55,008 nt of DNA from Rickettsiales bacterium. Lineage in GTDB: Bacteria > Margulisbacteria > Marinamargulisbacteria > GCA-2716485 > GCA-002719695. Made by a program: the position numbers and the translations under genes. Under the pieces are notes generated by a model. That model searched no databases and had not been told where the DNA came from. It saw only the letters and a list, made by a program, of their open reading frames with translations. Numbering within the stretch: the first letter of the stretch is position 1; each line of letters opens with the position of its first letter. Of the stretch, positions 25,308 through 34,669 are shown one piece after another. The DNA lies in contig JAYOLY010000001.1 of NCBI GenBank assembly GCA_038120575.1, positions 1 to 55,008 of the forward strand. The letters are read 5' to 3'.

Positions 25308-25946
25308 ATGCCTAAAAAAAAATTACTAACTTTATTTGTGTCTTTTGTGTTTATAAGTTCAACATTTGGACAGGATTTTTTAACTAGTATGTCAAAAAAA
25401 CCATATTTTATCGAAACAGGTGTGTTGTTTGGTTCTGTCACTGATTCATTCGAGTTTGAATCTAAACCTAGTTTTTATATTGGTGTTGGAAAACAAAAAA
25501 ACATTTCATTATATATTCCAAACGTGATGAATAGAGAATTAAAGTTTCCTATAATATATCAAGTGGCATTTAAACAACTTAAATCTACAGGTTTAATTTT
25601 AAATCAAGCTGTCACAACTCATTATAATTTTATTGAATTATCTCTAGCACACAATTCAACAGTCTTTTTACAAAACAATAAAGTTAAGATAAATCTATCA
25701 AAAGGATTATTTTATGCACCTTTAATCAGCGCAGTTCATAAATGGAAAAAAAACAACGTATCAATTCATGAGGATGTAAAAAAATACGACTTTGGACTTC
25801 TCGTTGGACTATCTAGCAATATGGATTTAAATCAGAGACTCATTAAATCAATGCGCTATTCTTTAACGTTAAAGCAAGGAATAGTAACTCTTCATCATCA
25901 AAACCGTTCAACGTCTATGTTATATACAATTCAGATAATCTTTTAG
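25308..25946 (+). CDS. hypothetical exported protein, possible small outer-membrane beta-barrel
   Basis: It has a signal-peptide-like N-terminus (KKLLTLFVSFVFISSTFG), an alternating-hydrophobicity pattern and a C-terminal IIF. Confidence 0.45.
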   Translation: MPKKKLLTLFVSFVFISSTFGQDFLTSMSKKPYFIETGVLFGSVTDSFEFESKPSFYIGVGKQKNISLYIPNVMNRELKFPIIYQVAFKQLKSTGLILNQAVTTHYNFIELSLAHNSTVFLQNNKVKINLSKGLFYAPLISAVHKWKKNNVSIHEDVKKYDFGLLVGLSSNMDLNQRLIKSMRYSLTLKQGIVTLHHQNRSTSMLYTIQIIF

Positions 25947-25956
25947 CAGGTGATGA

Positions 25957-26802
25957 TTATAGTTTCTTAGAAAAAGTAGCTAGGCTCTCCCCGTATTTGA
26001 TGGGATGGTGATGATTAAAGTCTTTAAATGTAAAATCATGGTCATCAACAACAATTAAAGCTGTTGATCCAAGGTTAAATGTTGCCAGTAGATCACCTTT
26101 TTTAAATGTAGAGGAAGACAGAGGAATCTCAGTCGCGTTTCGATTAGATTGTTTATTGCTATAAAATGTTTTATCACATTCAACTGTCATATGCCCAACA
26201 TTCAATGCTCCAACTAAAATAATCAAAATAGGAAGTTCTTTATTTTCAACATTGAGCGTTGCATAAAATACAATACGTTCGTTATTTGCATAAAGATTTG
26301 GGACAAGTTTTAGAAATAAGGGATTAACGGGAAGTAATTTTCCAGGAATATAAACAGCTTTTTGAATAGAGAGATCATAAGGTGTGAAAATGCGATGACA
26401 ATCTTTTGGTGATAAATAAATATTAATTAAAGTAGGGGACTTAAACTGTGAAGGCAATTCTGATCCAATGAGGTCTGTAATGTTATACAAAATTCCTTTT
26501 ACAGATAGTGTTTTGTCTAACAAGGACGTGATTTCAAGAATAGTTCCATCAACAGGAGAACAAAATACAGAACAGTCTTGATTCCATGGCCGCGATGATG
26601 GCGTTAAAAATCGAATAAATAAATCATTTAACGATTTAAACGCTGTAAATGGAGTGTTGCTTGATGTTAAATCAATTTTTAAAATAAAACAAAAAATATA
26701 CAAGATAGGGCGTAGTATAAATTTAGGCCAATTACAAAAAGCAAATTTCCCAAATAAATAACTAATTAAGTTACTAAAATATAACGACCAAAATGATGAC
26801 AT
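25957..26802 (-). CDS. psd: phosphatidylserine decarboxylase proenzyme
   Basis: The LGST self-cleavage motif (ATFNLGSTALIVV) and a preceding PGD/H pattern are present. The length is 281 aa. Confidence 0.8.
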   Translation of the reverse strand: MSSFWSLYFSNLISYLFGKFAFCNWPKFILRPILYIFCFILKIDLTSSNTPFTAFKSLNDLFIRFLTPSSRPWNQDCSVFCSPVDGTILEITSLLDKTLSVKGILYNITDLIGSELPSQFKSPTLINIYLSPKDCHRIFTPYDLSIQKAVYIPGKLLPVNPLFLKLVPNLYANNERIVFYATLNVENKELPILIILVGALNVGHMTVECDKTFYSNKQSNRNATEIPLSSSTFKKGDLLATFNLGSTALIVVDDHDFTFKDFNHHHPIKYGESLATFSKKL

Positions 26803-26818
26803 CTAGTTAGAAGAAAAC

Positions 26819-26980
26819 TTAAGTTTCTTTGTTGTCCTCTTTCTTTTCATCTCCCTTTAGGCCTTTTTCAAATTCACGTTTAGCTAAACCAATAGATTTT
26901 GCAAATTTAGGAATTGCAGCTGCACCAAATAATACAAAAACAATAAGAGCAATAAAAATTAATTCTTTAGATCCAATCAT
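26819..26980 (-). CDS. tatA: twin-arginine translocase subunit TatA/E (53 aa; below the ORF-track cutoff)
   Basis: My own translation of the minus strand is MIGSKELIFIALIVFVLFGAAAIPKFAKSIGLAKREFEKGLKGDEKKEDNKET. This shows the TatA pattern of a TM helix, FG, then an amphipathic helix. AAGGAG lies 7 nt upstream of the ATG. The plus-strand track ORF 26829-27020 is its antisense shadow. Confidence 0.8.
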   Translation of the reverse strand: MIGSKELIFIALIVFVLFGAAAIPKFAKSIGLAKREFEKGLKGDEKKEDNKET

Positions 26981-27107
26981 AATAAACTCCTTAAACACAC
27001 AAGTTAGGACTATTATATAAAATGAAAGGGACTTCTGACCACTAAAAAGATCCTAAATTGTTTAATCAAACTAGATTAATACCCTTGAAGCAATTAAAAT
27101 ACATCTG

Positions 27108-28364
27108 ATGTCTAAGATTTGGTATCCATATTTTCAACATAAACACATGCCAACTCCGCTGGAGGTGGAATCGGCAAAAGGTGTTTATATAGAATTAAAA
27201 GACGGGAGACAACTCATTGATGGTATCTCGTCGTGGTGGGCTGTCATTCATGGCTATCAACATCCACGTTTAGACAATGCAATTACAACACAGTTAAAAA
27301 AAATGTCTCACATGATGCTGTGCGGACTAACACATGAACCCGCCCAGCAATTAGCAAAAAAATTAGTTGAAATAACACCACCATCTCTAAAGCATGTCTT
27401 TTTTTCAGATAGCGGGTCAGTAGGCTGTGAAGTTGCTCTCAAAACAGCATTGCAATATTGGAAAAATCAGGGAGAATCAAACAAAACAAAGTTTTTAGCA
27501 TTTAAAAAAGCCTATCATGGAGATACAACAGGGGTCATGTCTGTTGGCGATCCTGATGATGGAATGCATCATATTTTTAAAGGATTGCTACTTAAGCAAT
27601 ATTTCTTGCCAGCGCCACCAGATAGACGCTGTAACAAGGACGATGTTGATTTGTTTGTAAACACCATGAAAGAGTTTTTTGAAAAGAATCATCATGACCT
27701 TGCTGCTGTAATCATTGAACCGTTATTACAAGCTGCTGGGGGATTTAATATGTATCAAAAAGAAATCTTAATTGAGTTAAGAAGATGTTGTGATACATAT
27801 AATGTATTGCTCATCTTTGACGAAGTTGCAACTGGTTTTGGACGAACAGGAAGTTTATTTGCAACAAATCAAATTGATGTTGAGCCCGATTTAATGGTTT
27901 TGGGAAAAGGATTAACAGGTGGTTATATGGGACTATCTGCAACATTAAGTACGGAAAATATTTTTAATACATTCTATTCAGATCAGCCTTCCCATGCATT
28001 GATGCATGGCCCAACATTTATGGGCAATCCACTTGCTTGTTGCGTTGCTTATGAAAGTATTGAAACATTTTTGAATGAAAATTATATCAACAAGATAAGC
28101 CAAATTAATTCAATTTTAAATGAAGAGCTAGGCAATTTTTCCCATCCAAATGTAAAAGATATTCGATGTTTAGGAGCCACCGCTGTCATTGAACTTCATG
28201 ATGTATCACAACTTAATAGCATACAACAAAAAGCTATTTCACAAGGTGTTTGGCTTAGACCGTTTGGACACTATGTCTACACTATGCCACCTTACATTAT
28301 TGAACCGTCTGAATTAGTTTTAATTACATCTGCTATGAAAAATAGCGTTATGGATAGTTTTTAA
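27108..28364 (+). CDS. bioA: adenosylmethionine-8-amino-7-oxononanoate aminotransferase
   Basis: It is a class-III aminotransferase carrying WYPY, SWWAVIHGY, DEVATGFGRTG and GKGLTGGY. Confidence 0.8.
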   Translation: MSKIWYPYFQHKHMPTPLEVESAKGVYIELKDGRQLIDGISSWWAVIHGYQHPRLDNAITTQLKKMSHMMLCGLTHEPAQQLAKKLVEITPPSLKHVFFSDSGSVGCEVALKTALQYWKNQGESNKTKFLAFKKAYHGDTTGVMSVGDPDDGMHHIFKGLLLKQYFLPAPPDRRCNKDDVDLFVNTMKEFFEKNHHDLAAVIIEPLLQAAGGFNMYQKEILIELRRCCDTYNVLLIFDEVATGFGRTGSLFATNQIDVEPDLMVLGKGLTGGYMGLSATLSTENIFNTFYSDQPSHALMHGPTFMGNPLACCVAYESIETFLNENYINKISQINSILNEELGNFSHPNVKDIRCLGATAVIELHDVSQLNSIQQKAISQGVWLRPFGHYVYTMPPYIIEPSELVLITSAMKNSVMDSF

Positions 28365-30058
28365 TATTGTCCTGTCCATTGCTTTAAAAGCTTTTGGGAT
28401 GTATTGAAACTATCAATGTCAATTAAAGATGGATACAGGTTGAAGTGATTGATTAGGTAGTTTAGTAACAAAATCGCATAATCTTGTTGATTAAGTTCAT
28501 TGTAGAAGCACGCCATAATAATAAAAAATCGCCAAGGAATAAAATTATCACTAATTAATAAGAAGTGCTTAAACGTAGAAATAAATTTTTCTTGCTCATT
28601 TAAATAGATGTAAGCCACTAAAAGTTGATAAAAAAGACCATTGTAATACACATAGTGTTTTGTAAGCGGCTCTAACAGGGACACTGTTTTTTTAAAATCT
28701 TTTTGACCATTATAAATTTCTGCAGTCAAAACAATAGAAGACAAAGAAAAATCGCCGTATAAATCATTAACATCATTAATGTACTTAAGCGCTTCATCAT
28801 AATATTTAAGGTTTTTCAATTTGATAGCTATGGACAGAAGAAGAGTATGAGATTGCTTTTCAAATTCTGTGCAAGAATCAAGTTCTGAAGTTATGAAATC
28901 AAGTAATCGATTATCGGTATGGGGAAACGTATTTAATTTATTTAAAATATCAACACTTTTTAACGCGCCCTCGTCTGAAAAGGTGTTCTTAAATTGATCT
29001 TTGTAATGGGAACTTGAGCGTGTAATAATGCATGATTGACTATCTCCAGATTTAAAATGAGTTTGGAGGCAATCTAGTCCATGTTGAGCTGAAATAAAGT
29101 CGATCAATGGAAAAAAAGTAGAATAAAAAAGGGTAATCCCATATTTAGCACAAATTTTGGAATAATAGTCTTGCAAAGGATCAAAATTGGTAACCCCAAA
29201 ATCGTAAATAACAACTAAGGCAGAATCTGATAAATGAGTGCATAATCTATTCAAGGAGTCACATACAAGTTCTGAAAAATTAAATTTAAATGACTTTTTT
29301 TTATGTTGATTTAAAAAGGGAGCTAAATAATTCGATTTGTGTAATGGTGAAGATGACGAGACTGGAAATGATTTATAGCCCTCATCAATATTTTCTCTGC
29401 ATCGTGACAGCGATTCAAGGGAGTTATGTTTTAGTTGAGACAATAAGGTTTTTTTTATATCAGATTTTGTTTTAACAACAGGTGGAAAATGAGATGTATC
29501 TATGTAGTGATAGTCATCACTAATTGTGGTTTTTACTTTAAGCTCATGAAGTTTTTCATTGTTATATTCCAAATGGTGGTGAGGAATAGCGCCTAATAAA
29601 TAAGTCATTAAAACAAAATCACAATCTTTAATAACGTTGTAATCATCAGTTACAAAATTAAACACGTTAAAACTAACTTGATTAGGAAATTGTTTAAATA
29701 ACCCAGACTCTTTAATGTCATTGATGATAGACTCACTAAAATCTGTGATAATAACGTGAATATCTTTGGCAAAAGGAAGCTTTTGTTGATAAAGAATGTC
29801 TAAAATACGGTAGCATAGCAGTCCTGAACCAGAACCAATTTCAAAAATTGTAAGATTTTTTTTCTGATGAATGTCGAAATGTTTTTTTATTAATTCAACA
29901 ATACGATTAGCATATTCGTGGCTAGTTGAATAAGAAAAAGGGATATGCTCAAGGAAAAAATTTTCGATCCCACGTTGCCAACTTAATTCAGAGATTTGTT
30001 GCTTAAGGCTCTCAGGTCGAGATACATAATCTTGTAATGTAATAGTACGATCTTTCAT
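28361..30058 (-). CDS. class I SAM-dependent methyltransferase domain protein with a long helical/TPR-like C-terminal region (565 aa)
   Basis: Motif I is LTIFEIGSGSGLL, with the acidic loop IITDFS ~25 aa later. The C-terminal ~180 aa are a Y/L/N-rich helical repeat pattern. Confidence 0.55.
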   Translation of the reverse strand: MKDRTITLQDYVSRPESLKQQISELSWQRGIENFFLEHIPFSYSTSHEYANRIVELIKKHFDIHQKKNLTIFEIGSGSGLLCYRILDILYQQKLPFAKDIHVIITDFSESIINDIKESGLFKQFPNQVSFNVFNFVTDDYNVIKDCDFVLMTYLLGAIPHHHLEYNNEKLHELKVKTTISDDYHYIDTSHFPPVVKTKSDIKKTLLSQLKHNSLESLSRCRENIDEGYKSFPVSSSSPLHKSNYLAPFLNQHKKKSFKFNFSELVCDSLNRLCTHLSDSALVVIYDFGVTNFDPLQDYYSKICAKYGITLFYSTFFPLIDFISAQHGLDCLQTHFKSGDSQSCIITRSSSHYKDQFKNTFSDEGALKSVDILNKLNTFPHTDNRLLDFITSELDSCTEFEKQSHTLLLSIAIKLKNLKYYDEALKYINDVNDLYGDFSLSSIVLTAEIYNGQKDFKKTVSLLEPLTKHYVYYNGLFYQLLVAYIYLNEQEKFISTFKHFLLISDNFIPWRFFIIMACFYNELNQQDYAILLLNYLINHFNLYPSLIDIDSFNTSQKLLKQWTGQY

Positions 30059-30376
30059 GATTTTAAATTATTATACATTAGGATCAAGTAATAAAAAAAT
30101 ATATCAATATGCGTAGATTCTAATTATACAAATATCCAAAAAAAATATTATAAAATTATATGTCTAATATGTAACAAAAAAAAGAAAAATACGAAAACTA
30201 TATGAAAGGAATAAAGCGGTTCTAAAAAGAATAGACTTTCTTCAACAAGATAGTTTTTTAGCTCTAAACTTATGCCTTAATTATAAAAAAACAATGTTCA
30301 AATTAATGGATAGGATTATTAGTAAAATAATTTTATAATATAGACAAAATAAAGAAGTTTAAAAAAGGTTTACAAT

Positions 30377-31699
30377 ATGGAGTATAAAAGCTTAAAGATT
30401 TCTTGGCCAACAAAAACAATCCAACCAACATTGAGTAAGGATTTAGTCTTTGAAACTCAACACACACTTTCTTTTTTAAGAGGTCAATCTTTTTTTACAT
30501 CAGGGTTTACTATCACGAATAAAAACGGAAAATGGTTGTACATGGCCGATGAGCATTATAATCGTTTGAGCCATTGTTATACTCAATTATTTGATCATTC
30601 AACGTTGCCATTTACATATAAAGAGTTAATTCAATGGATAAATCAAGCCATTACTTTAAATCAAGAGTCTGATAAGCCTTTAAATATATTAGTGGTTTGT
30701 AAAGCGGGAAAAGCTAGAAGCATTATCACAAAAAACGAAACATATGTGAGTGGATTTGGTGGCGAATTGGCTGAAGTTTTAATTGTTGTAAATCAGCACC
30801 TTACAAAACCAAAATGGTCATTTGAAACTGGAATAAATATTATCACACAAGGCTATCAACGACCTGTTGCATCTGCTAAGCCTACGAATTATTTAGGAGG
30901 CATTCAAGCTGATTTTGTCATTCAAGCATTAAATACGATATTAATTCTAGATTATTTAGCTGAAAAAAAAGATAACAACGTTTGCGACTCAATATGGTTT
31001 TTAAAACAAAAAGCTAGCATTTATAAAAAATACATGGATTTATCTTATTCTCAACGACAAACATTGAGATTACTTTTAAATGATATTCGAAAAGGGCAAG
31101 TGAATGTAGAGCAAAAACTAGATCAAAGCAGTTTAAGGCAAACCGCTTTAGCGTCTCTATTTAACAAGTCCATTCTAGAGACACTTACACCAGCAGAAAT
31201 CAGTCAAACTGAAAAAGATATTTTCCCAGATTTAATTCAAGAATGTGTGTTTACTTACCCAAGAAACCCTAATATGGTCTTGGAAGGTTCAACATTTTCA
31301 TTAATGTACATAAATAAACAAGATGAACTTGTTTTTCCATTTATAGATCATGAATTAGGTCTTAACGAATACGACTTAGATGATAGTGAAGGGAAAATTT
31401 TAGAAAGCACGACTATGCTGAGCCTCTATAAACTAGCAACAAAATACCAGCTCTCAAGTCGTTTAGAAAAAATAAAATTAGAGCAACTTTTAGAAAGCAA
31501 TATTGTTTTTGCTATTTCTTCAACAAGAATGCTTTTAGATAACAATAACATTCAGTTACAAAAAATTAATTCTATAAATGGTATTCAAACAAGCAAGAAA
31601 AATAGTTCTGATTCTGATGTCTACAAGAAATTAATTAAATTAGTCTCAAATTCTTTTGATACGTATAAATATGACTTATCACCCCAAGTTTATGTGTAA
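30377..31699 (+). CDS. divergent class-IV PLP-fold (BCAT/DAAT/ADC-lyase-like) protein with a ~90-aa insertion
   Basis: The pattern matches in order: FLRGQSFFTS, EHYNRLSHCY, AKPTNYLGG (candidate PLP Lys), EGSTFSLMY, ILESTT and VFAISSTR. The segment between the Lys motif and the EGS motif is ~130 aa versus ~40 in canonical members. Confidence 0.4.
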   Translation: MEYKSLKISWPTKTIQPTLSKDLVFETQHTLSFLRGQSFFTSGFTITNKNGKWLYMADEHYNRLSHCYTQLFDHSTLPFTYKELIQWINQAITLNQESDKPLNILVVCKAGKARSIITKNETYVSGFGGELAEVLIVVNQHLTKPKWSFETGINIITQGYQRPVASAKPTNYLGGIQADFVIQALNTILILDYLAEKKDNNVCDSIWFLKQKASIYKKYMDLSYSQRQTLRLLLNDIRKGQVNVEQKLDQSSLRQTALASLFNKSILETLTPAEISQTEKDIFPDLIQECVFTYPRNPNMVLEGSTFSLMYINKQDELVFPFIDHELGLNEYDLDDSEGKILESTTMLSLYKLATKYQLSSRLEKIKLEQLLESNIVFAISSTRMLLDNNNIQLQKINSINGIQTSKKNSSDSDVYKKLIKLVSNSFDTYKYDLSPQVYV

Positions 31700-31729
31700 A
31701 ATTCACTGGTAAAGAATTTAAGTTAGTTA

Positions 31730-32761
31730 ATGAAATTTAAATTTTTTATCTTATTTTTGACCATAATATGTTGTTCAGGTATTGATGCAGTGAGGTCATT
31801 TGAGTCTCAACTTCAGTCAAGTTATGACAATGAAGAGGTCGTTATCCTGGGCTCAGTTATTATGACAGGAACATATGAATTTACTTTCAACAATAACAGT
31901 TTTTTATCAATTGAAAGTAGCTATCGACTTATTACGGATGATGTAACAAATAAAAACTGGAGAACAGGTGATATTTTAGTACGACGTTACCGATTAAATC
32001 TTCAGTATAAACAATCATTTTTAAACTATACAGTTGGACTTCAGGATATTTATTTTGGAGTAGGGACATATCTGCGCCCCTTACAATGGTTTGATACACT
32101 AGATCCAATCAATAAAAGAGCAGCAACTCAAGGCATAAATGGATTTGTTGTAAAAACCAGCACTACTGATAGTCAAGAAATAGTTGGATGGATGCTTTTT
32201 GGAAATAATCCAGTACGTCCTTCAGATTTAAGTTCAACCAAAAAAGAAACTATCGAGATTGGTGGGCGCTTTCAACGCTCTATATTTAACGGAGAACTAG
32301 GTTTTGCAACACATGCTCGACAAATTGAATTAAATGGGTCCAGAGCAGCTGAATATCGAATTGGAAGCCATTATCAATCAAATACATCCATACCCATTTG
32401 GGTTGAACAAGCCTACATGTCAGCAGCTTCAAAAACAGAAAGCCAGCAATACATAATGCTACTAGTGGGTTCAGAGTATATGTTTAATATCGATAAACTT
32501 GGAAACGCCGTTACTGTATTATCTGAAATACAATACGACAATAAGCCAATAGCAAGTAATCCAGCAAAAACTCTTACAGGTGTTCTGCAACTTAGTTATC
32601 CATTATCTTTGAAAGATACGATTTCGTATGTAGGCTATATGTCTAATCAAGATCAGCTAGAAGATAGTTTTGTGTATTCTCGCAAATATGAATCTGTTGA
32701 GATTTTATTGCAGTATACGAACAGAAATTATGTTTCAATGACACTATATTGGAACCATTAA
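31730..32761 (+). CDS. hypothetical exported protein, probable outer-membrane beta-barrel
   Basis: It has a signal peptide (FFILFLTIICCSG) and many amphipathic beta-strand-like segments with aromatic girdle residues. Confidence 0.45.
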   Translation: MKFKFFILFLTIICCSGIDAVRSFESQLQSSYDNEEVVILGSVIMTGTYEFTFNNNSFLSIESSYRLITDDVTNKNWRTGDILVRRYRLNLQYKQSFLNYTVGLQDIYFGVGTYLRPLQWFDTLDPINKRAATQGINGFVVKTSTTDSQEIVGWMLFGNNPVRPSDLSSTKKETIEIGGRFQRSIFNGELGFATHARQIELNGSRAAEYRIGSHYQSNTSIPIWVEQAYMSAASKTESQQYIMLLVGSEYMFNIDKLGNAVTVLSEIQYDNKPIASNPAKTLTGVLQLSYPLSLKDTISYVGYMSNQDQLEDSFVYSRKYESVEILLQYTNRNYVSMTLYWNH

Positions 32762-32815
32762 AACTGTCTTAAATCAAGCTTTTAATATAAAAAAAACTAA
32801 AATACAATTTTAAAT

Positions 32816-33502
32816 ATGAAAAGAAAATGGCTGAAAATAGTGTTGTTAGCGTTATTTTGGCTAACATGTTTTTTTACAATAAGGCAATATGTTACATTAG
32901 AATTTTTACAACAAAAACAAGATTTGTTTGTGGATTATTATAATCAACATCCGGTATTAAGTATTTTAATGTATATGGTTGTTTTTGTTGTTATTTCATC
33001 TTTAGGATTACCAACACCATATATTTTTACATTATTTTCTGGTTATATTTTTGGGACATGGTTAGGGCTTATTATATCAAGCATCTCATGTTGCATTCAT
33101 TGTGTAGTTACTTTTCTATTATCTCGCCATTTTTTGAGAGAGTTTATTCAAAATCGTTTTGAAAAAAATTTAAAATCAATCAACAAAGGTCTTGAAGAAA
33201 ATGGTGTTTTTTATTTAATTTTTTTAAGAGTAAGTTTACTTACACCCATTTTTTGGGTTAATTGTGCATGTGGTATTACCTACATGAAACTTGGCATTTT
33301 TATATTAATATCCGTTGTGGCTACATTGCCATTGATGTATATTTTCGCATCATCTGGTCAGTTATTAGGAGAAATTACGTCTTTAATGGATTTGTATGAT
33401 GGGTTTAATCTGATGATATATCTCAGTTCTATCATTATTGCATTTGGGTTAATTAAAGTTAATTTTATTATAAAAAATAAAAACAAAAAAACGTCATTTT
33501 AA
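32816..33502 (+). CDS. TVP38/TMEM64 (DedA-related) family membrane protein
   Basis: It is polytopic and carries SSLGLPTPYIFTLFSGYIFGTWLG, typical of the family. Confidence 0.7.
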   Translation: MKRKWLKIVLLALFWLTCFFTIRQYVTLEFLQQKQDLFVDYYNQHPVLSILMYMVVFVVISSLGLPTPYIFTLFSGYIFGTWLGLIISSISCCIHCVVTFLLSRHFLREFIQNRFEKNLKSINKGLEENGVFYLIFLRVSLLTPIFWVNCACGITYMKLGIFILISVVATLPLMYIFASSGQLLGEITSLMDLYDGFNLMIYLSSIIIAFGLIKVNFIIKNKNKKTSF

Positions 33503-33536
33503 ACTTAAAATATATCAAAAAAAAGATTATTAACTC

Positions 33537-33565
33537 TTGCAAATTTTGTATTCAATGAATATAAT
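33537..33565 (+). promoter_or_regulatory. near-consensus sigma70 promoter of tRNA-Asn (TTGCAA-17 nt-TATAAT)
   Basis: TTGCAA is at 33537-33542, followed by a 17-nt spacer and TATAAT at 33560-33565. The tRNA 5' end lies 12 nt after the -10 element. Confidence 0.7.
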
Positions 33566-33577
33566 TTTTAACTGTGT

Positions 33578-33652
33578 TCCCCTGTAGCTCAGTGGCAGAG
33601 CAAGCGGCTGTTAACCGCTGGGTCGTTGGTTCGAATCCGACCGGGGGAGCCA
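33578..33652 (+). tRNA. tRNA-Asn (anticodon GTT), CCA encoded
   Basis: I folded the cloverleaf by hand. The acceptor is TCCCCTG/CGGGGGA. The D arm is GCTC-AGTGGCA-GAGC. The anticodon arm is AGCGG-CTGTTAA-CCGCT. The variable loop is GGGTC. The T arm is GTTGG-TTCGAAT-CCGAC. The discriminator is G followed by CCA, then a T-run. Confidence 0.95.
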
Positions 33653-33763
33653 TTTTTTTATGGTTCATGCCTCTTTTATTAAACCAATTAAAATTCAAAA
33701 ATTATATCAACCATTCCAACTTAACAAATAATGTTTAACTAAAAATAGAAACCATATTTATAT

Positions 33764-34495
33764 CTAGAATGTTAAGTTCATTCCAAAAACAAGATAATGA
33801 ATAAGCGCAAAGTTATATACAGTCTCATTTGATGCCCCACCTTCTACAACTCTGTAACCCAGGCTATAAGTGATGCTATCTGAAGCTCTGTATTGCAATG
33901 CAAGTAACACATCTTCAGCACGACCTTGAGGAGCTGCTAGGGCATCACCTTGGAATAAAATGCTATAATTTTTATTTATCATCCACCAAAAATTAAAGTT
34001 AATTAATGGAACAAATCCAATGTTTTTTTCGCTTGAAGTAATGCCATTACTTTCAATGGATATTTCTGCATCTCTAATTTTTCCAGTAAGTCCTAAACCA
34101 AACTGATAGTTATCATTATGAATAAAGTCATAGCGATACGTCAGTCGATAAGAGTTGAATTTAAATAATGAGTCTAATTGGCTATTAGCTGTAAACGTTT
34201 CTCCATTAAAGTTTAGATCTCTATCAAGTTCACCTGAAGAAAATAGGCTCAGCGGGGCATACAATATACTTAAATGATGTTTGTCAGAAATAGAGTAGCT
34301 TGATCTTAGCCGATAAAAAACACTAGGCTTAGATGTCAGTTCTTCAGATAATGAAAATCGTGTGCCTGTATTCCCAGGAATTCTTACCGAGTTATATCCA
34401 CTAAATACCAGTCCTGTTTCTACATTTAAATCAAGTTGCGAAAAAGAGTTAAAAGAAAACGAAAGTATAAAAAGTAAAACAACTATAGTCTTCAT
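33764..34495 (-). CDS. outer-membrane beta-barrel protein (243 aa)
   Basis: It has a signal peptide (IVVLLFILSFSFNSFS), alternating strand patterns and a C-terminal MNLTF with a terminal Phe. Confidence 0.6.
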   Translation of the reverse strand: MKTIVVLLFILSFSFNSFSQLDLNVETGLVFSGYNSVRIPGNTGTRFSLSEELTSKPSVFYRLRSSYSISDKHHLSILYAPLSLFSSGELDRDLNFNGETFTANSQLDSLFKFNSYRLTYRYDFIHNDNYQFGLGLTGKIRDAEISIESNGITSSEKNIGFVPLINFNFWWMINKNYSILFQGDALAAPQGRAEDVLLALQYRASDSITYSLGYRVVEGGASNETVYNFALIHYLVFGMNLTF

Positions 34496-34669
34496 TAAAA
34501 AATCTCCTAGTTAATATAAAATAATAATACTCAATATGATTCCAAAAATAACATTGAGTGTATCTTATATTAAATAGCTTCTAATGAAAATCAATATATA
34601 ATTCATTTTTATGTTGGATATATTTAAAAAAATAAATCAATTAACATATTTTTTTTTACACTATTTTGT

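Noticed and set aside
26829-27020. A 63-aa plus-strand track ORF between psd and bioA.
   Set aside because: It is the antisense shadow of the minus-strand tatA gene (26819-26980). That gene has a proper Shine-Dalgarno and a textbook TatA sequence. The plus-strand translation is low-complexity with no ribosome-binding site.
30059-30376. The 318-nt intergenic region, considered as a possible small RNA gene.
   Set aside because: It is extremely AT-rich with no G+C-supported helices, no promoter-terminator pair and only trivial ORFs. It is more likely two divergent promoters with regulatory space.
34529-34559. A hairpin (actcaat-17 nt-attgagt) followed by a T-rich run on the minus strand, considered as the terminator of the U-box-like gene.
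   Set aside because: The stem is only 7-8 AT-rich base pairs with a 17-nt loop. That is too weak to call an intrinsic terminator without 3'-end data.
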